Source: Squalus acanthias (Eukaryota). Taken from it: 64,000 nt of DNA. This document shows positions 12,996 through 26,500 of this stretch, piece after piece. The stretch spans positions 60,514,001 to 60,578,000 of the forward strand of contig CM059438.1 in the NCBI GenBank assembly GCA_030390025.1, written 5' to 3'. Position 1 is the first letter of the stretch. Each line of letters begins with the position of its first letter. The notes under the pieces are model-generated. The model worked only from the letters and a program-made list of their open reading frames with translations, was not told the origin of the DNA and searched no databases. The translations under genes were made by a program, and so were the position numbers.

Positions 12996-13410
12996 ACAGC
13001 AACTTGCATTTATATAGCGCCTTTAACGTAGTAAAACGTCCCAAGGGAGTTCACAGGAGCGATTATCAGACAAGATTTGACACCGAGCCACATAAGGAGA
13101 TATTAGGGCGGATGACCAAAAGCTTGGTCAAAGAAGTAGATTTTAAGGAGCGTCTTAAAGAAGGAGAGGCGAAGAGGTTTAGAGAGGGAATTCCACTGCT
13201 GAAGGCACGGCCACCAATGGTGGAGTGATGAAAATCAGGGATGCGCAAGAGGCCAGAATTGGAGGAGCGCAGAGATGCAAAGGCTTGTAGGGCTGGAGGA
13301 GGTTACAGAGATAGGGAGGGGCGAGGCCACTGTGGCATTTGAAAACAAGGATGAGAATTTTAAAATTGAGGCATTGCCGGACCGGGAGCCAATGTAGGTC
13401 AGTGACCACA
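12996..13410 (-). mobile_element. L2-like LINE 3' fragment
   Basis: Minus-strand peptide DLHWLPVRQCLNFKILILVFKCHSGLAPPYL and TIGGRAFS, typical of the L2 ORF2 C-terminus. Confidence 0.8.
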
Positions 13411-13429
13411 GGTGCTCCTTCGTCATTAA

Positions 13430-14189
13430 GGGCCCGTATTTTCCGATCCCTACGGGTGTGTACGAGCTGTGTACACACCCGTAGGGGCCTCGCAAGTGCC
13501 GGTTTCAGAATTGCGAAGCGCATGCGCTGAAAACCGGCACTTGCGATCTGTCGAGAATCCTCTTGACAGATCGGACGCCTGCCCGGGAGAAGGGCCTCTG
13601 CGGGGGGAGAGTTCCGCTTTCTGCAGAACCTCCGCCCGCTGAAAACACTTAAAAATCTTACACCTGGTAAAAGCAGGTTTAAGGCTTGCTTTTACCAGGA
13701 TAAGAGTTTTAAAAAGTAAAAAAATATATATTTTTTCCACTCATTTATAATTTTAAAATACTTATAAAAAAGGTAAGTTTATTTTTAGCCCCGTAAAAAA
13801 CTTATTTTTTTCAAAAAATTAAATTTTTGTTTAAAATATTTAATTTAATGCAATTTTAACTCATTTTAAAAACGTGATTTAAAAAAAAAATTATTTAATG
13901 TTTTGATGTCTTTTTTCAGTGATCGCCATTCATATATTTGACAGGTCTATCTGTCAAAAGTATGAAGGGGGATTCCCTTCTCCCATTGGTTCCCCATGGC
14001 CCATGTGATCCCAGGGACGCTTGCGAACTGCCTGCACCCCTGGGATACCTGGGCCTCTGCGCGCGCGCACCAGGAGAGGCCCAGGAGCGCAAGAGTCCGG
14101 ACCTCGGGAGCCCTCAGGTAAGGGCGTAGATTTTTTCCCGATAGGAGGCATCCGCACGCAGGAAGCCTCCTATCGGAAATTACGGGCCA
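13430..14189. mobile_element. Non-autonomous DNA transposon/MITE (Harbinger-like), copy 1
   Basis: TIRs ggcccgtattttccgat / atcggaaattacgggcc, flanked by TAA/TTA; GC-rich ends with an AT-rich core; second copy at 22457-23274. Confidence 0.8.
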
Positions 14190-14489
14190 TTATATTTCAC
14201 AGCATGTAATCATTTTTATTTCCAGCAAATGCAAATAGATCTTTCTGACAGGTTCAAAAGAGCATTTGGATAACACTGGACAAAATAGCATTTGATTCCC
14301 CGCCCTCTGTTATTTTAACAGGTGACGTTAGCCATTTGTTTTGGTGTCCTGAAGTCTATGCAAACTCTTTAATTTTCATATTTAAATTATCCTCTTCCAG
14401 GGGAAACTATTTTTGGTTTGAAAGGTAGAATTATGTTCGCCTCCAAAATACCTGGAAAATGCGTAAAATACAGTTTTAAAAATCAAACC

Positions 14490-17400
14490 CTTTTGGGGGA
14501 GTAGGCTCCCGGATCATCCCTACAAGCCAGACGGGTTGCACCGCAACGGGAACGGGACCAATATCCTCGTGGGAGGGTTTGCTAGTGCTGTTGGGGAGGG
14601 TTTAAATTAGCTTGGCAGGGGGATGGGAACCTAAGTACAGAGTCAATAGGGAGGGAAGAAAAACTGGAATTGGAAAACGAAAACGTAGAAAGTAAATTGG
14701 AAGGACAGAGGAATCAAGGGCTAGAAAGTAGTCAACAAGGAGGTTTGCCTGTACAAAATGGTATATACTTCAATGCAAGGAGTATAGCGAAAAAGGCAGA
14801 TGAGCTGAGGGCACAGGTAGATACTTGGGACTATGATATTATAGCTATTACAGAGACGTGGCTGAAAGAGGGGCAGGTATGGCAGCTCAACATTCCTGGT
14901 TACAGGATTTTCAGACGGAATAGAGAGGGAGGAAAAAAGGGAGGGGGGGTCGCGGTATTGATTAAAGAAACTATTACAGCTGTGAGGAGGGATGATATGT
15001 TGGAGGGATCATCAAACGAGGCCATATGGGTCGAATTGAAAAACAAAAAAGGGGTGATCACACTGCTGGGAGTGTACTACAGATCCCCAAACAGTGAGAG
15101 GGAAATAGAAGAACAAATATGTAGACAAATTTCTGAGAAGTGCAAAAATTATAGGTCAGTAATAGTAGGGGATTTCAATATTAACTGGGATAAAATTAGT
15201 GTGAAGGGTATAGAGGGTGCGGAATTCCTAAAATGCATCCTGGAGAACTTTTTTGGCCAGTATGTAGCAAGCCCAACAAGGGAGGGGGCAGTTCTGGACT
15301 TAGTTTTAGGGAATGAAGCTGGGCAGGTAGAAGGCATATCAGTGGGGGAGCATTTTGGTGCTAGTGACCATAATTCTGTTAGATTTAAGGTAGTTATGGA
15401 AAAGGACAAGGATAGACCAGGAATAAAAATTCTAAATTGGGGAAAAGCAAATTTTGCTACACTCAGAGGGGATTTAGCCATAGTGGACTAGAAACAGCTA
15501 CTTGAAGATAAATCAGTGTCAGAGCAGTGGGAGGCATTTGAGGAGATCGGGAGGGTTCAGACCAAATATGTGCCCTTAAAGAAAAATGGTGGGACTAACA
15601 AATCTAGAGCCCCCTGGATGTCTAGGGACATACAGTGTAGGATAAAGAAAAAAAGGGAGGCGTATGACATACCGTGGGCTAAATACTGGAGAATCTTTAG
15701 AGGAGTACAGTAAGTTCAGGGGTGCAATTAAAAATGATATTAGGAAAGCAAAGAGAGAGCATGAAAAATTCTTGGCAAGTAAAATCAAGGAAAACCCAAG
15801 ATGTTTTATAAATATATTAAGAGTAAGAGGATAACTAAAGAAAGGGTAAGGGCCTATTAGAGATCATGAGGGTAATCTGTGTGTGGAGGCGGGAGACGGC
15901 GGTAGGGTTCTTAATGAATACTTTGCGTCTGTTTTCACAAAGGAGAGGGGCGAAGCAGACATTGCTATCAGGGGGGAGGAGTGTGAAATATTAGATGAAA
16001 TAAACATAGTGAGAGAGGAAGTATTAAGAGGTTTAGCAGCTTTAAAAGTGGATAAATCCCCAGGCCCGGATGAGATGTATTCCAGGCTGTTAAGCGAAGC
16101 AAAAGAGGAAATAGCAGAGGCCCTGACCATCATTTTTCAATCCTTTCTGGCTTCAGGTGTGGTGCCAGAGACTGGAGGACTGCTAATGTGGTACCCTTGT
16201 TTAAAAAGGGAGAAAAGGATAGACCGAGTAATTACAGGCCAGTCAGCCTAACCTTGGTGGTGGGTAAATTATTGGAAAGAATTCTGAAGGACAGGATAAA
16301 TCTTCATTTAGAAAGACACGAATTAATCAAGGATAGTCAGCACGGATTTGTTAAGGGAAGGTCGTGTCCGACAAATTTGATTGAATTTTTTGAGAAGGTA
16401 ACAAGGAGGGTAGATGAGGGTAGTGCATTTGATGTAGTTTATATGGACTTTAGCAAGGCTTTGATAAGGTTCCACATGGCAAACTGGTCACGAAGTTAAA
16501 ATCCCATGGGATCCAGGGCAAAGTGTCAAGTTGTATTCAAAACTGGCTCGTCGACAGGAAGCAGAGGGTAATGGTGGATGGGTGTTTTTGTGACTGGAAG
16601 GCTGTTTCCAGTGGGGTTCCGCAGGGCTCAGTACTAGGTCTCTTGCTTTTGTGGTATATATCAATGATCTGGACTTGAATATAGGGGGTATGATTAAGAA
16701 GTTTGCAGATGATGCTATAATCGGCTGTGTGGTTGATACTGAAGAAGGAAGCTGTAGACTGCAGGAAGATATCAATAAATTGGTCAGGTGGGCAGAACAG
16801 TGGCAAATGAAATTCAATCCGGAGAAGTGTGAGGTAATGCATTTGGGGAGGGCTAACAAGGAAAGGGTCTACACATTAAATGGTAGGACACTGAGTAGCG
16901 TAGAGTAACAAAGGGATCTTGGAGTGCATGTCCACAGATCCCTGAAGGTAGCAGGCCAGGTAGATAAGGTGGTTAAGAAGGCATACAGAATGCTTGCCTT
17001 TATTAGCCGTGGCATAGAATACAAGAGCAGGGGGGTTATGCTTCAACTGTATAAAACACTAGTTAGGCCTCAGCTAGAGTACTGTGTGCAGTTCTGGTCA
17101 CCACATTACAGGAAAGATGTGATTGCACTAGAGAGTGTACAGAGGAGATTTACAAGGATGTTGACGGGAGTAGAGAATCTTAGCTATGAGGAAAGACTGG
17201 ATAGGCTGGGTCTGTTTTCCTTGGAACAGAGGAGGCTGAGGGGAGACCTTACTGAGGTGTATAAAATTATGAGGGGCATGGATAAAGTGGATAGAAAGGA
17301 CTTATTTCCACTAGCAGAGGGGTCAAAAACCAGGGGGCACAGATTAAAGTAATTGGTGGAAGGTTTAGAGGGGATTTGAGGGGGAACTTCTTCACCCAGA

Positions 17401-17625
17401 GGGTTGTGGGGATCTGAAAATCACTGCCTGAAAGGGTGGTAGAGGCAGCAACCCTAACCACATTTAAAAAGTACTTGGATGTGCACTTGGGATGCTCTAA
17501 CCTGCAGGGCTACGGACCAAGAGCTGGGAAGTGGGATTAGGCTGGATAGCTCTTCGTTGGCCGGCGCGAACACGATGGGCCGAAATGGCCTCTCTCCCTG
17601 ATGTAACTTTCTATGATTCCATGAA
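14490..17625 (+). mobile_element. CR1 LINE with near-complete but disrupted ORF2 (plus probable ORF1 end)
   Basis: YFNARSI, IIAITETWL, GGGVAVLIK and RT motifs across several frames; same family as 3548-6195; ends ttctatgattccatga. Confidence 0.95.
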
Positions 17626-17804
17626 AATAAATCTCCCTCCTCAGCACTCACACCTCCTTCAGTACTTTCTAAATTCACCACTGCTGCTGACTACAGTGGT
17701 CGATTTTAACCCTACTCACCGGGCAGGGGGACAGTTAAGAATAGAAGAACGTAAGAAATAGGAGCTGGAGTAGGCCATTCAGCCCTTCGAGCCTGCTCCG
17801 CCAT

Positions 17805-17965
17805 AGGGAACTCTCTAACAGCACTGTGGGAGTACCTTCACCACACGGACTGTAGCGGTCCAAGAAGGCGGCTCACCACCACCTTCTCAAGGGCAATTAG
17901 GGATGGGCAATAAATGCTGGCCTTGCCAGCGACGGCCAGATCCCATGAACGAATTTTAAAAAAAT
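17805..17965 (+). mobile_element. 3' end of a non-CR1 LINE/SINE family
   Basis: ctcaccaccaccttctcaagggcaattagggatgggcaataaatgctggccttgccagcgacg...A-tail; a similar tail occurs at 20375-20440 and, reversed, at 29130-29200. Confidence 0.65.
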
Positions 17966-18069
17966 AAGATCATGACTGATCTTGTACCTCATCTCCACCT
18001 TCCTGCACTATCCCCATATCCCTTGATTCCCTTAATATCTAAAAATCTATCGATCTCTGTCTTGGATAT

Positions 18070-18939
18070 CTTCTTCTTATGATGTGGAGATGCCGGTGTC
18101 TGACGAAGGAGCAGCGCTCCGAAAGCTTGTGATTTCAAATAAAACTGTTGGACTATAACCTGGTGTTGTGCGACTTCTCACATTCTTCTTCTTAGGCAGT
18201 CCCTCGGAACCGAGGATGACTTGCTTCCACATTAAAAATGAGTTCTCAGGTGACTGATGAGTCCAGTGCGGGACCTACAGTCTCTGTCACAGGTGGGGCA
18301 GACGGTGGTTGAAGGGGCGGGTGGGTGGGGTGCTTGGGTTGGCATGCGCTCCTTGCGCTTGGCTTCCGCTTGCTCCCGGCAAAGAGATTCGAGGTGTTCG
18401 GTGCCTTCCCGGATGCTTCTCTTCCACTTTGTGCGGTCTTGGGCCAGGGATTCCCAGGTGTCGGTGGGGATGTTACACTTTTTCAAGGAGGCTTTGAGAG
18501 TGTCCTTGAAGCGTTTCCTCTGCACACCTGGGGCTCTCTTGCCATGCCGGAGCTCCGAGTAGAGCGCTTGTTTTGGGAGTCTCGTATCGGGCATGCGGAC
18601 GATGTGACCCGTCCATCGGAGCTGATTGAGCGTGGTCAAAGCTTCGATGCTGGGGATGTTGGCCTGAGCGAGAACACTGACGTTGGTGCACCTATCCTGC
18701 CAATGGATTTGCAGGATCTTGCGGAGGCAGCGTTGGTGGTACCTCTCCAGTTCTTTGAGGTGCCTGCTGTACATGGTCCATGTCTCTGAGGCATATTGGA
18801 GGGCGGGTATTACTCCTGCTCTGTAGACCATGAGCTTAGTGCCGGGTTTGAGGTCCTGGTCTTCAAACACTCTCTTCCTCAGGCGACCGAAGTCTGCACT
18901 GGCACACTGAAGGTGGTGTTGGACTTCATCATCGACGAT
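18070..18939 (-). mobile_element. RTE-clade LINE 3' fragment with 18-bp TSD
   Basis: YASETWTMYSRHLKELERYHQRCLRKIL, LRWTGHIVRM, C-terminal CPTC...HLRTH; (GAA)n tail; TSD gatctctgtcttggatat at 18052-18069 and 18940-18957. Confidence 0.9.
18079..18184 (+). mobile_element. Penelope-like element terminal fragment with hammerhead-ribozyme-like core
   Basis: ctgacga-aggagcagcgctcc-gaaagctt at 18100-18128; shares ataacctggtgttgtgcgacttctcac with the insert at 32486-32577. Confidence 0.7.
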
Positions 18940-19222
18940 GATCTCTGTCTTGGATATACTCAACGACTGAATCTCCACAGCCCTCTGGGGTAGAGAATTC
19001 CAAAGATTCACCACCCTCTGAGTGAAGAAATTTCTCCTCATCTCAGTCCTAAATGGGTGACCCCTTATTCTGAGACTGTGACCCCTGGTTCTAGACTCCC
19101 CAGATGAGCAGGTTACTTACCCGGTTATTGCCCTGACATAAAGTGAAGCATTTTGGAAGGAAGAATGAGGAGAGGCAATATAAATTAAATGGTAGAATTT
19201 TAAAGGCAGTGCAGGAACAGAG

Positions 19223-20083
19223 TAGGGTTACCAACTATGGTTGGAGGCATTCCTGGAGGTTTGATCATGTGACATTCTGACCACATGACATCTGGCCATT
19301 CCCCAGTCTCCCCAACTCTCGAGTCCCTCACAATTTCAGGGCACCGCCAATGGATTTCAGAGCCCCGCCCAATGGATTTCAGAGCACACCCCCCAATGGA
19401 TTTCAGAGCACACCCCCCAATGGATTTCAGAGCACACCCCCCAATGGATTTCAGAGCACACCCCCCAATGGATTTCAGAGCACACCCCCAATGGATTTCA
19501 GGGCACCCCCCCAATGGATTTCAGAGCACACCCCCCAATGGATTTCAGAGCACACCCCCCAATGGATTTCAGAGCACACCCCCAATGGATTTCAGGGCAC
19601 CCCCCCAATGGATTTCAGGGCAACCCCCCAATGGATTTCAGGGCAACCCCCCAATGGATTTCAGGGCAACCCCCCAATGGATTTCAGAGCCCCGCCCTGA
19701 TCTCAGGTCATCCCTCGCCGATTTCAGGGACTACGCCCCCCGATTTCAGGGCACCCGCCCCACCCCCGATCCCCGACTCCCCCCCAGCCGGTCGCGACTC
19801 TCTGCGGCTGACGGCTAGGAGGAATAGCCAGTGTCGAGCTCCGTGGAAACGGCGGGAAATGATGCTGCTTAAAATGAATGCGGTTTAACCTCGTTCTGAT
19901 TCCCGACACCAGGCTAGCAGTCAGTCATTATTTACAGTAGGTCACAGAGGCTGTTGTTCGTGTGGGCGCACTGCGGCGGGAAATTTAAATTGCTGATCTC
20001 CCGGGATGCTGGAGGCAGCACTCGGGATACAAACCCCCGATTCCGGGAAACTCCCTGTCATTCTGGAAGGTTTGGGAACCCAA
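19223..20083. mobile_element. Non-autonomous hAT-like DNA transposon
   Basis: Ends tagggttacc / gggaacccaa (imperfect TIR); 8-bp TSD gaacagag (19215-19222) / gaatagag (20084-20091). Confidence 0.65.
19346..19755. repeat. 22-23-bp minisatellite (ccaatggatttcagagcacaccc)
   Basis: About 15 tandem units visible. Confidence 0.95.
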
Positions 20084-20344
20084 GAATAGAGAGACCTGGG
20101 GGTGTACGGACACAAATCTTTGAAGGTGGAAGGACAAGTTGAGAAGGCTGTTCAAAAAGCATAGGGAATCCTTGACTTTACTAATAGAGGCCTGGAGTAC
20201 AAAAGCAAGGCAGCATGCTAAACCTTTCTAAAACGATGTTAGGCCTCAGCTGGAGTATTGTGGCCAATTCTGGGACCCACACTTTAGGAAGGATGTCAAG
20301 GCCTTGGAGACGGTACGGAAGCAATTTACTGGAATGGTACCAGG

Positions 20345-21968
20345 GATGAGTAGGCTGTTAAGAGAGGCAAGGGAGGAAATGGGCAAAAAACGCTGGCCTT
20401 GCCAGCGACGCCCACATCCCATAAAAACGAATAAAATAAAATCAGCGGAGTCTCTGACCTTCAGTTTCCAATCCGCTCTGGCTGCAGGCGTGGTGCCGGA
20501 GGTCTGGAGGACTGCTAACGTTGTACCTTTGTTTAAAAAGGGAGAAAAGGATAGACCGAGTAATTACAGGCCCGTCAGACTAACCTCGGTGGTGGGAAAA
20601 ATTATTGGAAAAAATTCTGAGGGAGAGTATAAATGGTCATTTAGAAAGACACGGATTAATCAAGGACAGTCAGCATGGATTTGTTAAGGGAAGGTCGTGT
20701 CTGACTAACCTGATTGAATTTTTTGAGAAGGTAACGAGGAGAGTTGATGAGGGTAGTGTGTTTGATGTAGTCTATATGGATTTTAGCAAGGCTTTTGGTA
20801 AGGTCCCACATGGCAGGTTGGTCAAAAAAGTAAAAGCCCATGGGATCCAAGGGAAAGTGGCAAGTTGGATCCAAAATTGGCTCAGTGGCAGGAAGCAAAG
20901 GGTAATGGTCGACGGGTGTTTCTGTGACTGGAAGGCGGTTTCCAGTGGGGTTTCGCAGGGCTCAGTACTAGGTCCCTTGCTTTTTGTGGTATATATCAAT
21001 GATTTAGACTTCAATGTAGGGGGCATGATTACGAAGTTTGCAGGTGATACAAAAATTGGCTGTGTGGTTGACACTGAAGACGAAAGCTGTAGACTGCAGG
21101 AAGATATCAATGAATTGGTCAGGTGGCAGAAAAGTGGCAAATGGAATTCAATCCAGAGAAGTGTGAGGTAATGCATTTGGGGAGGGCTAACAAGGCAAGG
21201 GAATACACTATAAATCAATAAATGATAGGATACTGAGAAATGTAGAGGAACAGAGAGACCTTGGAGTGTATGTCCACAGATCCCTGAAGGTAGCAGGACA
21301 GGTAGATAAGGTGGTTAAGAAGGCATACGGGCTACTTTGCTTTATCAGCCGAGGCATAGAATATAAAAGAGCAAGGAGGTTATGCTAGAACTGTATAAAA
21401 CACTAGTTAGGCCACAGCTAGAGAACTGCGTACAGTTCTGGTCACCACATTACAGGAAGGATGTGATTGCACTAGAGAGGATACAGAGGAGGTTTACGAG
21501 GGTGTTGCCAGGACTGGAGAATTTTAGCTATGAGGAAAGACTGGATAGGGTGGGGTTGTTTTCTTTGGAACAGAGGAGGCTGAGGGGAGACTGAATTGAG
21601 GTGTATATAATTATCAGGGCCTAGATAGAGTTCATAGGAAGCACCTACTTCCCCTAGAAGAGAGGTCAATAACCAGGGAGCATAGATTTAAAGTAATTAG
21701 TAGAAGGATTAGAGGGGAGTTGATGAGAAATTTGTTTCACCCAGAGGGTGGTGGGGGTCTGGAACTCACTCTCTGACAGGGTGGGAGAGGCAGAAATACT
21801 CAACACATTTAAAAAGTACTTGGATATGCACTAGAGGTGCTGTAACCTACAGAGCTACAGACCAAGAGCTGGAAAGTGGGATTAGGCTGGAGAGCTCTTT
21901 GTCGGCCGGCACGGACACGATGGACCGAATGGCCTCCTTCTGTGCCATAAATTTCTATGATTCTATGA
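20345..21968 (+). mobile_element. CR1 LINE RT-containing fragment, disrupted
   Basis: WRTANVVPLFKKG, SQHGFVKGRSCLTNL, GVSQGSVLGP; ends ttctatgattctatga. Confidence 0.92.
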
Positions 21969-22117
21969 GAGACTTCAGTTATGTGGAGAGACTGGAGAAG
22001 CTGGAATTGTCCTCCTTAGAGCAGAGAAGGTTAAGGGGAGATTTAACAGAGGTGCTCAAAATCATGAACACCCCACAACCACCCCCCACCTCCTCCCCCA
22101 CACCACCCCCCCCAACT

Positions 22118-22337
22118 GTGTCCTGGCCAATATTTATCCCTCAACCAACCTCAATCACTGAAACAGATTAACTGGTCATTATCACATTGCTGTTCATGGG
22201 AGCTTGCTGTGCACAAATTGGCTGCTGTGTTTCCTAGATTACAACAGTGACTCCACTTCAAAAGTACTTCATTGGCTGTAAAGCGCTTTGAGACGTCCGG
22301 TGGCCGTGAAAGGCGCTATAGAAATGCAAGTTCTTTT
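22118..22337 (+). mobile_element. SacSINE1-like SINE 3' part
   Basis: gtgtcctggccaatatttatccctcaacc...ggcgctatagaaatgcaagtt matches 1533-1745. Confidence 0.75.
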
Positions 22338-22456
22338 ATACTTGCATCTTTCCAGCTCGCACTGCAGGTTCAGTGGAGCCCCTTCATCTTCACATGTCGT
22401 TAGTCTTGTATTCTGGACTGTTATCAAACTGTTGCTGCTTTTCTTGGTTAACATTT

Positions 22457-23274
22457 TGGTGCAGATATTCCGATCCCTACGGGTGGGTACGCGCTGTGTA
22501 CCCACCCGTAGGGACATCGGAAATGCCGGTTTCAGGCATGCACTGCGCAATGCACTGGAAACCGGCATTTCCAATCTGTCAAGAAAGCTCTTGACAGATC
22601 CTCCGCCTGCCCGGGAGAAGGGCCTCTGCGGGCGGATAGTTCCGCTTTTTGGAGACCCTCCGCCCGCAGAAAACACTTACAATTCTTGCGCCTGGTAAAA
22701 GCAGGTGTAAGGCCTGCTTTTACCAGGATAAGAGTTGAAAAAAGTTTTTTAAAAAAACATTTTTTCCACTGATTTATCATTTAAAAATACTTTAAAGAAA
22801 GGTAAGTTTATTTTAGCCTCGTTAAAAACTTTAAAAAAATCACATTTTTAAAATGACTTAGTATTTTAAACAAAAATTCTCTTTTTTGAAAAAAATAATT
22901 AAAGTTTTTAACGAGGCTAAAATAAACTTACCTTTCTTTAAAGTATTTTTAAATGATAAATCAGTGGAAAAAATGTTTTTTTATTTAAGTTTAACTGTTT
23001 TGGGGGTGATCTCTATTCATATATTTGACAGGTCTTCCTGTCAAATGTATGAAGGGAGATTCCCTTCTCTGATTGGCTCCCCATGGCCCACGTGATCCCA
23101 GGGACGCTGCGAACCACCTGCGCCCCTGGGATACGTGGGCCCTGCGCACCGGCAGTTTGGAGAGGCCCAGCAACGGAACTCTGCGCCTCCCGGGAGCCCT
23201 CCAGTCCAGGCGCAGATTTTTCCAGATCGCAGCCCTCCGCCCGCGGGAGGCCTGCGATCGGAATTTCTGGGCCA
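22457..23274. mobile_element. MITE copy 2 (same family as 13430-14189) with an internal inverted duplication
   Basis: ttccgatccctacggg... to ...atcggaatttctgggcca-tta; colinear with copy 1 except in the AT-rich core. Confidence 0.8.
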
Positions 23275-23551
23275 TTATGCTTCTTCTCACTGCGGTGACC
23301 AGCTCACACCTTCTCTCGTTCCTTCCATTTCTTTAATGCTTCTCTTTGTTGCCTGATTCAGACGACTTTGTTGTGCCTGTTTTTCTTTCAAGCTGGTTGC
23401 AGGTCTGTCACTGACTAAATTCCTCTCTCTGTGCTTGGAATATCCATTTGTTTGATTTTCCCTCCCCGGCCTTCTTTTCTCATTCTATTAACATGCACGT
23501 ACGTGCTTCATTTGTCAGCTCCAAAGAAAGGCTTATCCCAAAACATCGACC

Positions 23552-26500
23552 TGCCTGTTCTCACCATAAACACCGCCTGTTCTCACCATAAACACCGCCT
23601 GTTCTCACCACAAACACCGCCTGTTCACTCCATACACACCGCCTGTTCAGTCTATACACACCGCCTGTTCTCACCATAAACACTGCCTGTTCTCTCCAGA
23701 CACACCATTTGTTCTCACCATAAACACTGCCTGTTCTCTCCAGACACACCATTTGTTCTCACCATAAACACCGCCTGTTCACTCCATAAACACCGCCTGT
23801 TCACTCCATAAACACCGCCTGTTCTCACCATAAACACCGCCTGTTCTCTCCACACACACCGCCTGTTCACTCCACACACACCGCCTGTTCTCACCACAAA
23901 CACCGCCTGTTCACTCCATACACACCGCCTGTTCTGTCTATACACACCGCCTGTTCACTCCACACACACCACCTGTTGACTCCACACACACCGCCTGTTC
24001 ACTCCATACACACCGCCTGTTCTCACCATAAACACCGCCTGTTCTCTCCATACACACCGTTTGTTCTCCCCATAAACACCGCCTGTTCTCTCCATACACA
24101 CCGCCTGTTCACTCCATAAACACCGCCTGTTCACTCCATAAACACCGCCTGTTCACTCCATAAACACCGCCTGTTCTCACCATAAACACCGCCTGTTCAC
24201 TCCACACACACCACCTGTTGACTCCACACACACCGCCTGTTCACTCCATACACACCGCCTGTTCTCACCATAAACACCGCCTGTTCTCTCCATACACACC
24301 GTTTGTTCTCCCCATAAACACCGCCTGTTCTCTCCATACACACCGCCTGTTCACTCCATACACACCGCCTGTTCTCACCATAAACACCGCCTGTTCTCTC
24401 CATACACACCGTTTGTTCTCCCCATAAACACCGCCTGTTCACTCCACACACACCGCCTGTTCACTCCATACACACCGCCTGTTCTCACCATAAACACCGC
24501 CTGTTCTCTCCATACACACCGTTTGTTCTCACCATAAACACCGACTGTTCAATCCATAAACACCGCCTGTTCTCACCATAAACACCGCCTGTTCTCACCA
24601 TAAACACCGTCTGTTCTCTCCACACACACCGCCTGTTCTCTCCACACACACCGCCTGTTCACTCCACACACACCGCCTCTTCACTCCATAGACACCGCCT
24701 GTTCACTTATTAGACACCGCCTGTTCACTACATACACAACGCCTGTTCACTCCATACACACCACCTGTTCTCACCACACACACCGCCTGTTCACTCCATA
24801 CACACCGCCTGTTCTCTCCATACACACCGCCTGTTCTCTCCATACACACCGCCTGTTCACTCCATACACACCGCCTGTTCACTCCATACACACCGCCTGT
24901 TCACTCCATACACACGGCCTGTTCTCTCCATACACACCGCCTGTTCTCTCCATACACACCGCCTGTTCTCTCCATACACACCACCTGTTCACTCCACACA
25001 CACCGCCTCTTCACTCCATAGACACCGCCTGTTCACTTATTAGACACCGCCTGTTCACTACATACACAACGCCTGTTCACTCCATACACACCACCTGTTC
25101 TCACCACACACACCGCCTGTTCACTCCATACACACCGCCTGTTCTCTCCATACACACCGCCTGTTCTCTCCATACACACCGCCTGTTCACTCCATACACA
25201 CCGCCTGTTCACTCCATACACACCGCCTGTTCACTCCATACACACGGCCTGTTCTCTCCATACACACCGCCTGTTCACTCCATACACACCACCTGTTCAC
25301 TCCATACACACCGCCTGTTCACTCCATACACACGGCCTGTTCTCTCCATACACACCGCCTGTTCTCTCCATACACACCGCCTGTTCTCTCCATACACACC
25401 ACCTGTTCTAACCATAAACACCGCCTGTTCTCTCCATACACACCGCCTGTTCACTCCACACACACCGCCTGTTCACTCCATACACACCGCCTGTTCACTC
25501 CATACACACCGCCTGTTCACTCCATACACACCGCCTGTTCACTCCATATACACCGCCTGTTCTCTCCATACACACCGCCTGTTCACTCCATAGACACCGC
25601 CTGTTCTCTCCATACACACTGCCTGTTCACTCCATACGTACCGACTGTTACTCCATACACACCGCCTGTTCACTCCACACACACCGCCTGTTCACTCCAT
25701 ACACACCGCCTGTTCACTCCATACACACCGCCTGTTCTCCCCATACACACCGCCTGTTCACTCCATACACACCGCCTGTTCTCACCACACACACCGCCTG
25801 TTCACTCCACACACACCGCCTGTTCACTCCACACACAAAGCCTGTTCACTCCATACACACCGCCTGTTCTCACCACACACACCGCCTGTTCACTCCACAC
25901 ACAAAGCCTGTTCTCTCCATACACACCGCCTGTTCTCTCCATACGCACCACCAGTTCTCTCCATACACACCGCCTGTTCTCTCCATACACACCCCCTGTT
26001 CCCTCCATCACACCCCCTGTTCTCTCCATACACACTGCCTGTTCTCTCCATACACACCGCCTGTTCACTCCATACACACCGCCTGTTCACTCCACACACA
26101 CCGCCTGTTCGCCATACACACCGCCTGTTCTCTCCATACACACCGCCTGTTCTCTCCATACACACCGCCTGTTCTCTCCATACACACCGCCTGTTCTCTC
26201 CATACACACCGCCTGTTCTCACCACACACACCGCCTGTTCACTCCATACACACCATCTGTTCTCTCCATACACACCGTCTGTTCACTCCATACACACCAC
26301 CTGTTCTCTCCATACACACCGCCTGTTCACTCCATACACACCGCCTGTTCACTCCATACACACCGCCTGTTCTCTCCATACACACCACCTGTTCTCTCCA
26401 TACACACCGCCTGTTCTCTCCATACACACCGCCTGTTCACTCCATATACACCGCCTGTTCTCTCCATACACACCACCTGTTCACTCCATAGACACCGCCT

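Larger units (their letters stand above)
17740..19105 (-). mobile_element. CR1 3' fragment carrying nested insertions
   Basis: MRRNFFTQRVVNLWNSLPQ at 19041 on the minus strand; 3' UTR at ~17740-18069, split by the insertions listed below. Confidence 0.8.
19130..20345 (+). mobile_element. Old CR1 fragment split by a hAT-like element
   Basis: ...ggcaatataaattaaatggtagaattttaaaggcagtgcaggaacagag resumes as agagacctgggggtgtac... at ~20090. Confidence 0.7.
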
